From Nitrospira sp. (lineage in GTDB: Bacteria > Nitrospirota > Nitrospiria > Nitrospirales > Nitrospiraceae): a DNA stretch of 64,000 nucleotides. Shown here piece after piece: positions 30,689 to 40,614 of the stretch (position 1 is the stretch's first letter; each line of letters starts with the position of its first letter). The notes under the pieces are model-generated. The model was given only the letters and a program-made list of their open reading frames with translations, had not been told where the DNA came from and searched no databases. The DNA is taken from contig JANDJC010000008.1 in NCBI GenBank assembly GCA_024331045.1, positions 7,170 through 71,169 on the forward strand. The letters are read 5' to 3'. The position numbers and the translations under genes are program-made.

Positions 30689-31311
30689 TCCTTCCTCTCT
30701 CGCGCCGGTACACCAATAACGGTGGTACCAGCTGGCACATCATGCGTGACGACGGCGCCTGCAGCCACCACCGCCCAATCACCAACGCGCCTTCCTGGCA
30801 AGACAACAGCGCCAGCACCAATTAGAACACCTTCTCCAAGTATTACCCCTCCTCCCAGCACTGCACGGGGTGCGATATGACACCAATTTCCCACACAATT
30901 TTCGTGATCTACCACTGCTCCATGATTGACGATTACTCCCATGCCAAGACAAGCTTCCGGTCCCACAATAGCGCCGGCGGCAATTAAGCAGCCGGGGGCA
31001 ATTGTCGCACTGGGTGACACCACCGCGGTAGGATGCCGTACCGTGTGCATGATGGCACCTCTTTCTAGACACGTTCGGGCAATGCGCATGCGCGTTCGGT
31101 TATCCCCGATAGCAATGTGTACAGATTGTTTATCAGAAAACTCCGATGGAGCAGGAGTGGTAATTTGCCTGCCTAGCAAAGACATTCCATTTAAACAAGC
31201 GTTGTCATCAAAGATCTGAACTTCCAGATTCGGGTGTTCCAAATGCACTGCTTCACACACCACTTTGCCGTGACCGCCCGCGCCAATCAAAATAATCGTG
31301 TTAGTAGACAT
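30685..31311 (-). CDS. NeuD/PglD-like sugar N-acetyltransferase
   Basis: GAGGHG, AIGDN..R, hexapeptide repeats, VVDHE, GVPAR. Confidence 0.93.
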   Translation of the reverse strand: MSTNTIILIGAGGHGKVVCEAVHLEHPNLEVQIFDDNACLNGMSLLGRQITTPAPSEFSDKQSVHIAIGDNRTRMRIARTCLERGAIMHTVRHPTAVVSPSATIAPGCLIAAGAIVGPEACLGMGVIVNHGAVVDHENCVGNWCHIAPRAVLGGGVILGEGVLIGAGAVVLPGRRVGDWAVVAAGAVVTHDVPAGTTVIGVPARERKE

Positions 31312-32431
31312 TTAGCTTGCACAGCACATCGGGATCTAAAGAAACTTCCGACAGCAGGCGAACAATCCGTGCCGATGCATGACCATCTCCATAGACGTTC
31401 GGTCCCCAATAGCGCCCCATTGCGAGCGTCCGTTTGAGACTCGCACAGATGAGACCGCGTTCAGGTTTGACATCGAGCACGTTTGCACTGCGCTCACGAA
31501 GCCTTTGCCTTATTCCAACATTCACAACTCTCAGCCCCACACTCGCCGCCTCAATGATGCCGCTGCTTGAATTACCCACCATCACATCTGCAGCGGCCAT
31601 CCAGGAAACAAAATGTGGGCGCGAGAGATGCGTGACCAGCCGAATATCAGGATGATGTTCGTAGCGCATGAGAACATCTCGCACAAGTTGGCCACCGGCA
31701 TCAGCATTCGGCATAAAACAGAGCGCTTGTACGCCAACATCGAGCACGGCCTGCATAATCTCGCCCGCATGCATGCCAGCTGCTGTCGCCTCTTGCAGCA
31801 CAGGATGAAACAATACGAGCGCAATCGGGCGCTTAGGATCAAGTGCGGCCTGCGCACAGAGTTCCTCACGAGACCGCTTCGTAAGTTCTCTCAGACCGTC
31901 AAGGCCTGGTGCTCCTGTGACGAACACACACTCGGGAACCTCCCCCATTTGAATGAGCCGCCGGCGTGCCCCCTCGGTCGCAACGAAGTGATAATGCGCA
32001 AGCTTCGAGATGGCATGTCGCACTGGCTCATCCACTGTCCCAGAACGTTCACCGCCATGAATGTGGACGATGGGAATATTTAGGTGAACGGCGGCGATCG
32101 CACCAGCGAGCATTTCCCCGCGGTCACCAAGCACCACCACTACATCAGGACGTTCCTGTTCAAACGCATCCACCATTCCAGCAAGCTCATCTGCAATTGC
32201 ATGCGCCATAACGGCGCCCGAGGAACCATCAAGATGTACCGGGATGCGAGCACAAATTCGCAAACCATCGGCTTCGATCTCTCTCACTGTCTCGCCATAT
32301 TGCGGGATCAGATGTGTCCCCGTCACACAAATAGTTACGTCAAGCTGTTTGCTGTCATGCGCAAGTTTCAGCGTACGCGACATCAAGCCGTAGTCAGCTC
32401 GCGTGCCAGTGACGTAGCAAACTTTCCTCAA
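31301..32431 (-). CDS. neuC: Hydrolysing NDP-diacetamido-sugar 2-epimerase (NeuC/LegG)
   Basis: TGTRADYG, LGDRGE, HIHGGE, RHAISKLAH, GNSSSGIIEA. TTG start overlaps the neuB stop. Confidence 0.93.
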   Translation of the reverse strand: MRKVCYVTGTRADYGLMSRTLKLAHDSKQLDVTICVTGTHLIPQYGETVREIEADGLRICARIPVHLDGSSGAVMAHAIADELAGMVDAFEQERPDVVVVLGDRGEMLAGAIAAVHLNIPIVHIHGGERSGTVDEPVRHAISKLAHYHFVATEGARRRLIQMGEVPECVFVTGAPGLDGLRELTKRSREELCAQAALDPKRPIALVLFHPVLQEATAAGMHAGEIMQAVLDVGVQALCFMPNADAGGQLVRDVLMRYEHHPDIRLVTHLSRPHFVSWMAAADVMVGNSSSGIIEAASVGLRVVNVGIRQRLRERSANVLDVKPERGLICASLKRTLAMGRYWGPNVYGDGHASARIVRLLSEVSLDPDVLCKLNVY

Positions 32432-33468
32432 GATTCCAAGTCCTCCCATGTCAGCACGGTACCGGCTGGCAGGGTACGGACCACTCGACGTCCCACAACA
32501 ATGTCAAGGTACCGAGGCTCAATACCAACACCAGGGCGCAATAGCGTCAGGTCATTGCGCGACAGCCTCTGTCCCTCGGAAATAGTATGACGGAGCACGA
32601 TACTGCGTCGCACGAGAGCACGAACCGGTAACTCGGCAGGACGGGGAGCTTTGATGCCGTCACCCAGTGCCTCTTCGACAGCCCGAATATCTTTTACCAT
32701 GATAGCGAATTCGTCAGGAGTCAAGGATGTGTGGTGATCCGGCCCCGGTAGGTTGCGATCCAGCGTAAGGTGCTTCTCAATGATTGTAGCTCCCAAGGCA
32801 ACAGCCACAGGTGCGATCAATGTGCCTTGCGTGTGATCCGAATAACCAACGGGTAATCCAGTTTCCTGCCTAAGAGTCTGCATAGCACGAAGGTTAACGT
32901 CTGCCATTGCCGTCGGATAGTTGGAAGTGCAATGGAGCAGGGCGATCCTTCCCCCTGACAAATCATCCACACCGGTTAACCTAACGGCCGCACACACTAC
33001 CATTATCGCTTCCTTGACCTCATCCAGAGAAGCCATACCGGTCGAGAGAATAATCGGTAACCGTTTGGTTGCAGCATACCTCAGTAGAGGGAGGTTCGTG
33101 ATTTCCCCTGAAGGGATTTTGATTCGCATCATACCCAGGCCAACGAGCATATCCAGGGCCTCTTCGTCAAATGCTGTGGACATGAACTCGATACCCAACG
33201 AACGGCACCTTGCGATGAGAGCAGGATACGAGGCCCAAGACAGCTCAAGGGTTTTGAGCATCGCGAACTGATCCCCCGTACCGGTGTGTGCTTTCTGGTA
33301 CTCGGCTTTGGATGTACCGGGGAGACAGAGCGTTTCTGAGCGAAAGGTCTGGAATTTGACGGCATCGGCGCCCGCTGCAGCTGCGGCCTCGATAAGCTGC
33401 AGCGCCATTTCCTCGGAACCGTTGTGGTTGACCCCAGCTTCAGCAATAATGAAGCAAGAACTTTTCAT
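32428..33468 (-). CDS. neuB: Nonulosonate synthase, legionaminate-type (NeuB/LegI) with SAF domain
   Basis: IIAEAGVNHNG, VKFQTF, KIPSGE, GYSDHT, IEKH, GPDH, C-terminal RPGVGI. Confidence 0.94.
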   Translation of the reverse strand: MKSSCFIIAEAGVNHNGSEEMALQLIEAAAAAGADAVKFQTFRSETLCLPGTSKAEYQKAHTGTGDQFAMLKTLELSWASYPALIARCRSLGIEFMSTAFDEEALDMLVGLGMMRIKIPSGEITNLPLLRYAATKRLPIILSTGMASLDEVKEAIMVVCAAVRLTGVDDLSGGRIALLHCTSNYPTAMADVNLRAMQTLRQETGLPVGYSDHTQGTLIAPVAVALGATIIEKHLTLDRNLPGPDHHTSLTPDEFAIMVKDIRAVEEALGDGIKAPRPAELPVRALVRRSIVLRHTISEGQRLSRNDLTLLRPGVGIEPRYLDIVVGRRVVRTLPAGTVLTWEDLES

Positions 33469-33540
33469 TAAGATCGTACGAGCTAAATAGCTAAATAAGG
33501 ATAGGGCGTTTGACACAAGTCCTAAGGGACGAGCTGTCGA

Positions 33541-34031
33541 CTACCCTGCCTGCTGGTTATCCAGACTGCCGCCTCCTCTTGCCACACATAGTCCTGCTCC
33601 TTCTGTCGGCAGGTTTAGTGGTGGGCAGGCCTTGGCTTCCGAAATGTGCAATTGTCCGTTGGTCAGACGCATAACCGATCGGGGTTCCCACGTGATGAAA
33701 TCTATGTCACCTCGATTGGTTTTCATTTGCATACCATCACACGTGCTTTCTGATACCAGAAATGCGTGATTACGACTCAGGCTTCTATCAATATCAAATG
33801 GATCATCATAGTTGCTACCTGTGGTACCGAGGTCGTTCACACACCCTTTATCGTTAATGGCTCTGATATCCCTCATTGCATATCTCCCACCGATTGATTG
33901 TAAACAACGACCTCAAGAGGCCCATTCCACGAATCCTGTAAAAATAAGAGCCGCTTCTCAGCCCGATCACGAGCATCAGTCCATGAATAGCTGAGCAGTA
34001 TTGCAGCAGCCAAGAAGCATTGTTTTTTCAT
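33541..34031 (-). pseudogene. Probable frameshifted small secreted protein
   Basis: Strong RBS (GGAGGAGGAG) then signal-peptide-like MKKQCFLAAAILLSYSWTDA. The frame breaks at ~33876 and continues as MRDIRAINDKGC. Confidence 0.5.
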
Positions 34032-34075
34032 CGCTCCTCCTCCCCCTTGACGCGGCTGAGAGCATATCGAATCTC

Positions 34076-34879
34076 TCACCACACGGTCAGTCCGCCATCC
34101 ACGATGATGTTCTGCCCTGTGACATAGGAAGAAGCTCTAGAGGCAAGGTAAATCAATGCACCGGACATCTCGTCTGGTTCAGCCATACGGCCCATGGGAA
34201 CTCGCGCGCTATAGCGTCTGACGAACATATCATTCTGTCCACTGAATACGCCTCCAGGGCTGATGGCATTGACACGTACACCATGATTTCCCCAATAGGT
34301 TGCAAGATAGCGGGTCAACCCCCAGACCGCCGCTTTGCTGGTGCTGTAAACAGCAGGGGTATTGATAGCCCGTCCCTCATACCAAGAGCCTTCATAGATT
34401 CGCTGATCCGGAGCCACGACACCATAAATGGATAGAATGTTAATGATGCTGCCGTATCCACGCTGAGCCATTGTAGGACCGAATACCTGGCACCCCAACA
34501 TGACACCGGTCACATTGACATCCATAACCTGATCCCAATCTTCCAGCGGGAAATCCTCAAATGGCGCGAAGAAATTCGGACTTTTCGCCGCAGCATTATT
34601 GACTAAGACGGTGACCTGGCCCAACTCAGACTCGACCTGCTGCCCAAGGGCAACCATCTGTTCTGCACTTGCCACATTGGCAATGTAAAAACGGACTTCC
34701 CCGCTAAGCTCCTCGGTGATCATTCGTGCCAGCGCCTCAAGTTTCAACCCATCACAGTCTACCAGTGCTACACGCGCACCATAGCGGACCAAGGCTCGCG
34801 CGAACTGTGACCCAAGTATCCCAGCAGCTCCGGTCAGTACCACGAGCTCTTGCGACAGATCAAATTCCACCTTCGGCAT
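34076..34879 (-). CDS. SDR oxidoreductase (PtmA/ElaC-like)
   Basis: TGAAGILG, SIYG..APD.RIY, YSTSK, SPGGV. Confidence 0.9.
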   Translation of the reverse strand: MPKVEFDLSQELVVLTGAAGILGSQFARALVRYGARVALVDCDGLKLEALARMITEELSGEVRFYIANVASAEQMVALGQQVESELGQVTVLVNNAAAKSPNFFAPFEDFPLEDWDQVMDVNVTGVMLGCQVFGPTMAQRGYGSIINILSIYGVVAPDQRIYEGSWYEGRAINTPAVYSTSKAAVWGLTRYLATYWGNHGVRVNAISPGGVFSGQNDMFVRRYSARVPMGRMAEPDEMSGALIYLASRASSYVTGQNIIVDGGLTVW

Positions 34880-35564
34880 GGCCGAACCTCTCTCGCAACA
34901 GCAACTCAACGAGCTTGAAATCGAGCGGAGTGTCTATGTCTACCGATCGCTCACGTGGCATGATGTGGAGTTTTACCCTTCCCCCCCACAGTCCCTTGCC
35001 AAGCGTTCGACGGTGCCATACATAAATGGAGGCGTTCATAGCATATACCGTAGGCGCCAACTGCCGAGCTTCGACCGGATATGGCGGAGGTTTGACCAAA
35101 GCCACGCTGCCATCAGGGCGACACTCTACCATGTTGAAGTAAGGGTTTTTCTCAGCTTCGTATCCCGTGATGACAACGTCCGTCTTCTCGTCAAGGAGGC
35201 ACATACATGCCTCAATATCCTCAACGGTACGCAACGGTGAGGTGGGGTCGAGATCGACAATCCTGCCAACCCGCACGCCTGCGCACTCTATGTGCTCAAC
35301 CAAATGTTGGATAACGGGGATTTTGGGGGCAGTTGCAGTGGCCAGTTCAGCAGGCCGCAAAAACGGAACCTGTGCTCCAGCAGCACGTGCGATCTCCGCG
35401 ATCGTAGGATCGTCAGTCGAAACGTACACTCCATCGATACCAGGACAGGATCTGGCTTGCTCGATGGTATAAACAATCAACGGCTTACCGAGTAACGGCC
35501 GGATATTCTTTCCCGGCACTCCTTGTGAGCCGCCACGAGCGCAAATCGTGACAATTGTATTCAC
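34860..35564 (-). CDS. CMP-nonulosonate synthetase (PtmB/ElaB/NeuA-like)
   Basis: CARGGSQGVPGKN, TSPLR, NPYFN, DID..LDF. Confidence 0.93.
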   Translation of the reverse strand: MNTIVTICARGGSQGVPGKNIRPLLGKPLIVYTIEQARSCPGIDGVYVSTDDPTIAEIARAAGAQVPFLRPAELATATAPKIPVIQHLVEHIECAGVRVGRIVDLDPTSPLRTVEDIEACMCLLDEKTDVVITGYEAEKNPYFNMVECRPDGSVALVKPPPYPVEARQLAPTVYAMNASIYVWHRRTLGKGLWGGRVKLHIMPRERSVDIDTPLDFKLVELLLRERFGHAEGGI

Positions 35565-36538
35565 AAACCGATAGCCTCTCGTAGTCGGAGAGTAAGATCC
35601 ACGCTACGCATGCCTTCGAAAATATCCTGCGACGTCGGGCAGTTATGTTCAACACCTTCAACGAATTCTCGCATCGCCGTCACGTAGGTCTTGCCCATGT
35701 CAAAATCATCATTGGTGCACTTGATCGGTGTTACGCTACTATTCGTAATGAGCTCTAACCGAGCCAAAGAGAAATCCCAGATCAGAGTACCTTTCTCTCC
35801 GATGATTTCATAACGACGCAGTCGACACCGCGAGACATAATCCAAGCCGATCGTAACAACAGGGCCACCAGTTCTCTTGCCAAGCACCAGGCACGCTGTG
35901 TCTTCTGCTGAGATGTCCAGACTGCTCAGCTTTCCGGCTATGCCGAAGACTCGATCAAAATCGCCAAACAACCACCGTGCAGCATCGATCTCGTGCATCA
36001 GATCTAAAACGACACCGCCCCCTTCGCTAGACTGTGCACTGTAGGTGGCCCGATAATCCCTTCCAGGCCTCCAATCCGGCAACCACTGACCCGCCTGCAG
36101 CGAGGCGCGTACAACGTTGCCAATTACACCATCCACAACGAGCTGACGCAATTTCAATAAGGAAGGCATATAGCGAAGATTGCACCCGGCGTGTGTAATC
36201 GGCACATCGGTGAGTCCGGCTAATAGAGATGCCAACTTCCTCAGATCATCGCGCCGACTGACTATGGGTTTTTCCACATAACAGGGAACTCCTGACTCTA
36301 GTAATGGAAGAAGCACATCAATATGTCGTGCTGATGGTGTGGCTACGACGGCGAAATCCGGACGGCTATTAAGCGCCGTTTCGAGATCTTTCACGACATA
36401 GGCTCTAAGATCACGGATAGCTGAGTCCATGCGGCCTTCGCGCCGCAACACAACAAGTTCCACAGGATTTAGAATCGCCCGCAAATTAGTTGCATGTCGT
36501 TGTCCAATCGAGCCAAAACCTATGATTAACGCCCGCAT
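35561..36538 (-). CDS. Gfo/Idh/MocA oxidoreductase (PtmF/ElaA-like)
   Basis: GFGSIGQRH, VEKP, WLPDWRP..DYR..YSA, GGGVVLDLMHEID. Confidence 0.92.
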   Translation of the reverse strand: MRALIIGFGSIGQRHATNLRAILNPVELVVLRREGRMDSAIRDLRAYVVKDLETALNSRPDFAVVATPSARHIDVLLPLLESGVPCYVEKPIVSRRDDLRKLASLLAGLTDVPITHAGCNLRYMPSLLKLRQLVVDGVIGNVVRASLQAGQWLPDWRPGRDYRATYSAQSSEGGGVVLDLMHEIDAARWLFGDFDRVFGIAGKLSSLDISAEDTACLVLGKRTGGPVVTIGLDYVSRCRLRRYEIIGEKGTLIWDFSLARLELITNSSVTPIKCTNDDFDMGKTYVTAMREFVEGVEHNCPTSQDIFEGMRSVDLTLRLREAIGL

Positions 36539-36553
36539 TTGAAAATGTTTCCT

Positions 36554-37411
36554 CTACCAGACACTGCGTCCGCCATCCATCACAATATTTTGCCCTGTTA
36601 AATAGCTTGAGGCGTCAGAGCACAAGAACTGTACCGCAGCGCGGTACTCGTCGCGCCTTGCTATCCGTCCTATCGGGATAAGGGTTGTAAGCTTGCCGAC
36701 AAACTCGTCGGACTGGTTGACATATACCCCCCCCGGAGACAATGCGTTAACTCTGACTCCCTTATTCGCCCAGTAGGTCGCAAGATACTTCGTCAGACCA
36801 ATGAGACCCGTTTTGATGACGGAATATGTCACCGGCTTGACTGGTTGTCGGTCATCAGGCAAATCGTCCCGCCGGTAGATACGCTGATCTGGGGCAATCA
36901 CGGAAAGATCCGAGGCGATATTTAGAATGACGCCACCACCGTTTTTTGCCATCCAACCTCCAAATGTCTGACTACAGAGAAACGCCCCGGTCAAGCCGAC
37001 ACGGATCTGTAAGTGCCATTGCTCCAGCGGAAAGTTCTCAAAACGAGAGGTCTCAACGAGCATGTTGTGCGTGACCTTGGGATCGATGGCAGCATTGTTA
37101 ACCAACATGTCCACGCGTTGCCAACGCGCCAGTATCTCCTCACTCGCAGCATGCACCGATCTGGGATTCGAAACATCCATTATCGCGGTGAATATGCGCA
37201 TTCCTCCATACTCAGCCCTGAGTCTGCCAGCCGTCTCTGCTAGTGCCGCCTCTCGTACATCGGTGAGCACAACAGTAGCTCCACTCTCAAGCAGAGCGGC
37301 AGCATGCTCAGAACCAAGCAGTCCTGCGGCTCCAGTGATGATTGCGATTCGACCGTCTAAGCGAAACCGGCGGTATGTGCCCACTTCGACATCCACGTGG
37401 CGATCGCTCAA
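36554..37411 (-). CDS. SDR oxidoreductase (second PtmA-like)
   Basis: TGAAGLLG, NNAAIDP, APDQRIY, YSVIK, SPGGV. Confidence 0.9.
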   Translation of the reverse strand: MSDRHVDVEVGTYRRFRLDGRIAIITGAAGLLGSEHAAALLESGATVVLTDVREAALAETAGRLRAEYGGMRIFTAIMDVSNPRSVHAASEEILARWQRVDMLVNNAAIDPKVTHNMLVETSRFENFPLEQWHLQIRVGLTGAFLCSQTFGGWMAKNGGGVILNIASDLSVIAPDQRIYRRDDLPDDRQPVKPVTYSVIKTGLIGLTKYLATYWANKGVRVNALSPGGVYVNQSDEFVGKLTTLIPIGRIARRDEYRAAVQFLCSDASSYLTGQNIVMDGGRSVW

Positions 37412-37412
37412 C

Positions 37413-37440
37413 TCTATGAGAGCTTTTCTATGAGAGCTTT
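37413..37440. repeat. 14-bp perfect tandem duplication
   Basis: tctatgagagcttt x2, immediately upstream of the SDR start at 37411. Confidence 0.9.
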
Positions 37441-38233
37441 CCCGGTTCTCACACGATCAGCGCAGACGTGTGGCGCAACGTAGGTGCGTACCAAAGGCGT
37501 TCCCGGGCAATGGCTCGCAATGTACCACTCTACTCTCGCTGCTGCAAGTTGGTGAGGAGATTATCGGGATAGTCCACGGGAAGTGAATACACGATACAGT
37601 TCAGATCAAGCAGACGGAAAGGGTTAAGCAGTTCTCGCGCCGGTTCAATATGAATGACACGTCTAGAACGCGCTTCCAAGATCGCATCGATCACTACACC
37701 CATGTAGTACCACAACTGTTCAAGGCAATGGTACGCAAAGACTGGTTTCCATTCCAACGCGTGAAAGGCTGGATATGCTTCGTCAAACAGATCAATGTGT
37801 CGAAGTCCACATCTGGGATTCGGAAATGCGCCACAATTTCTCGCGCGGTTTGGAGTGCTGTGAACAACCCCTCCAATCCCCAGTAGTCTACGAAAGATGG
37901 CAGGGACGCTCCGCAGCGAGAAGAGATTAGTCCCCACCTCCATAACCAAGTTCCACCCACTCGTCTTTCTCCCACGCACATCGCGGCAACTCGGCCACAA
38001 CATTGTCACGCCGGAACCGGTAACAGTCCTCTTGGGTAATGTGCTGGACCTGCCCAGCAATCAGACAAGTGAACAAGCGACGATTGCCTCTCTCACAGAG
38101 GTAGTCTTCAAGACCCTCCTACTGCTTCCAGGGCTTTTCCAACACGATGTGCTGCCAGCTCTCCTCGTCGTCCTCCATGTGGGGTGCCGACTGATCGCGC
38201 TTTGGTTGCGTGAACAGGCAGCGCGTCAGGCAT
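37430..38233 (-). pseudogene. Degenerate class I SAM methyltransferase
   Basis: Stitched frames give VELGYG..GTNLFSL, LQTAREIVAHF, HCLEQL, VIHIEP, with several stops and frameshifts. Confidence 0.75.
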
Positions 38234-38268
38234 AAGAGGGAATTCCGCGCTATCTCCTTATTCGATCA

Positions 38269-39024
38269 CTAGGATCGCACCTGACCACCATCAATCACGA
38301 AGACTGCTCCAGTCGCAAACGAAGCCCGAGGAGAAGCAAGAAAGACGATGAAATCGGCGATCTCCTCTGGCCGCCCTAGTCGTTTGAGCGCCACTTCTCG
38401 ATCAAGCATCTCCTTCACAACGTGGGGAGACTCCGCCAGCTTCCGCTCCCATACAGACCCTTCAAACAACAGATTGCCAGGTGCCACAGCATTTATACGA
38501 ACGCCTCGAGCTGCTAATGGACGGGCAATACCCCGCACATACGCATTGAGCGCCGCCTTTGCCGCCGAATACGTCACCGGCGCGCCCAAGGCCTCAATGC
38601 CGCAGATCGAAGAGATGCAGACGATCGCTCCACCCGTGCAGGCCAGGCTGTCCGCCGCTGCCTCGACCATGTTGGTGGCGCTGGCGAAATTGAGATCGAA
38701 TACGCGACGCCATTCCTCAGGAGTCTCCTGGCCTGGCGAAACGGAACGACCGCTCCCAACATTGCAAATAAGAATGTCCAATTGTCCGAAACGCTTTTTC
38801 GTTTCTTGTACGAGATCGCGACAGGCCACTGGGTCAGTCACATCAGCGGCCATCCAGGCGGCAGACTCACCTAGGATCTTCGCCCGCTGCACCAGCGATT
38901 CGCAGTCGCGCCCATTGAGCATCACATTGCAGCCTTCCCTGCAAAGGGAAGTAGCAATTGCAAAGCCAAGGCCGCGCGAAGAACCGGTCACGAGGGCTAC
39001 CCTACCGGAAAGTCCAAGATCCAT
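38269..39024 (-). CDS. SDR oxidoreductase
   Basis: TGSSRGLG, CNVGSG, YSAAK, VAPGN. Confidence 0.92.
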   Translation of the reverse strand: MDLGLSGRVALVTGSSRGLGFAIATSLCREGCNVMLNGRDCESLVQRAKILGESAAWMAADVTDPVACRDLVQETKKRFGQLDILICNVGSGRSVSPGQETPEEWRRVFDLNFASATNMVEAAADSLACTGGAIVCISSICGIEALGAPVTYSAAKAALNAYVRGIARPLAARGVRINAVAPGNLLFEGSVWERKLAESPHVVKEMLDREVALKRLGRPEEIADFIVFLASPRASFATGAVFVIDGGQVRS

Positions 39025-39026
39025 GA

Positions 39027-39851
39027 TCAAGCTGCCTTCAACCACTCCCAAACCATGTCTCGGTAGTGGCATAGCGTGCCTGCGTGATCACCATCGGCTG
39101 CGCGAGCAGTCTGCAAAATAAAATTACCGCTATACCCGCAGTATTTGAGCGCTCGGAAGACCGCACGGAAATTCGCGTGACCGCTGCCGAGAGGAACCGT
39201 CGTTCCCCCCAGAATGCGGTCTTTGACATGTACATTCACGATGCGATGACCGTAGGCACCTATTTCTTCTTCGGGGTCGAAACCCAAGGATGCACTGTTG
39301 CCAATGTCATAGTTAATGCCGAAACGTGCCGCAGGGAACCTATCGATAAAATCCGCTAGCTGCGTCGGTGGATAATCAGATTCGAAGATGATTTTCATCT
39401 CACCTCGCAACAATGGCTCAATTTCCTTCAAGCCAGCAATCAACGACTCTTCCTGGGCACTGTTTTCCAATCTTCCGTTGTCCACAAGTGGAACGACGAT
39501 ATACTTGATGCCAATCTGCGCACAGGCCTCAAGGACTTTGCGGAAATCAGCGAGTAATGCATCCCGTGCAGTGCCAAACGCCTTGTAGAAAGGTGCTTGC
39601 ATGAAACAATCGCCGGTGAGCGACTCTATCTCAACACCATAACGAACAGCGAGCCGACGCACCTCATCGCGCCCAGTGGGCGTCATGAGAGGATTTTCGT
39701 GAAGGCGGTCCTTGTCAAGAGTCCATTCCATGAGCGTAAAACCCAGTCGCTCGGCTTCGGCAAATTCCTCACGCCAGCGCCGCCAGGGGAAAGCTTGTAT
39801 CTTGCCATCCACCGGTTCAGAAAGGCGTCCTTGCATGAACCCAATTTTCAC
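39027..39851 (-). CDS. Xylose-isomerase-like TIM-barrel sugar(-phosphate) epimerase/isomerase
   Basis: IGFMQGRLS, EW, FESD, NYDIGN, VHVKDR metal-binding residues. Confidence 0.88.
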   Translation of the reverse strand: MKIGFMQGRLSEPVDGKIQAFPWRRWREEFAEAERLGFTLMEWTLDKDRLHENPLMTPTGRDEVRRLAVRYGVEIESLTGDCFMQAPFYKAFGTARDALLADFRKVLEACAQIGIKYIVVPLVDNGRLENSAQEESLIAGLKEIEPLLRGEMKIIFESDYPPTQLADFIDRFPAARFGINYDIGNSASLGFDPEEEIGAYGHRIVNVHVKDRILGGTTVPLGSGHANFRAVFRALKYCGYSGNFILQTARAADGDHAGTLCHYRDMVWEWLKAA

Positions 39852-39852
39852 T

Positions 39853-40614
39853 TCACAGTCCTTTAGCGGTCCAACCACCATCTACATACAAATCTGTACC
39901 CGTGACGTACGTGCTGGCATCGGAAGCAAGAAAAATGGCGGCGCCAACCAGATCATCTGGCGTTCCCCAGCGTTTAAGCATCATACGGTTCAATCGCTCC
40001 TGATGTCGTTGGTGATCCCTAAAGCTTCTATCCGTCATCGCAGTGTGGATGTAACCCGGAGCCAAGCTATTGACACGGATCCGCTTGTCCGCCAAGTCCA
40101 AGGCCAGTGCCTTGGTCATCATCCGAAGACCACCTTTAGATGCAACATAGCCCGGATTGCCGGGAAAACCTTGAACAGCACCAATACTGGTCACCGTGAT
40201 AATAGAGCCTCCGCCACTTCGTTCCATGTATGTGCTGACCGTCCAGCAACATCGATAGGCTGCCTTGAGATTAACGTCTATCGTCCTGTTAAAGATATCA
40301 ACGGGATTTTCAGCGCCATCGCCCGCTAAGGATATGGCTGCCGCGTGAAGATAAACGTGCAAAGCACCGTGCTCACGATAGATCGATTCGCATAGTGCCT
40401 GGAAACCGTCGGCATCGGTAACGTCGCATTGGGCATAAGAGAAATTTCCTCTTGGAACCTCAACGGGCTTGGCGGATGTTCCAATGCCAACCACAAGGGC
40501 ACCTGCTTGTTCGAAGCCACGTGCGATGGCCATCCCAATCCCACGCGATGCGCCGCTCACAAGCGCAATGCGTCCGCGGAGTGAAAAAAGTGTTTCAATA
40601 ATTGAATCGCTCAC
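39853..40614 (-). CDS. SDR oxidoreductase (gluconate 5-dehydrogenase-like)
   Basis: SGASRGIG, YVASK, PGYIHT, VDGGW. Confidence 0.92.
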   Translation of the reverse strand: MSDSIIETLFSLRGRIALVSGASRGIGMAIARGFEQAGALVVGIGTSAKPVEVPRGNFSYAQCDVTDADGFQALCESIYREHGALHVYLHAAAISLAGDGAENPVDIFNRTIDVNLKAAYRCCWTVSTYMERSGGGSIITVTSIGAVQGFPGNPGYVASKGGLRMMTKALALDLADKRIRVNSLAPGYIHTAMTDRSFRDHQRHQERLNRMMLKRWGTPDDLVGAAIFLASDASTYVTGTDLYVDGGWTAKGL

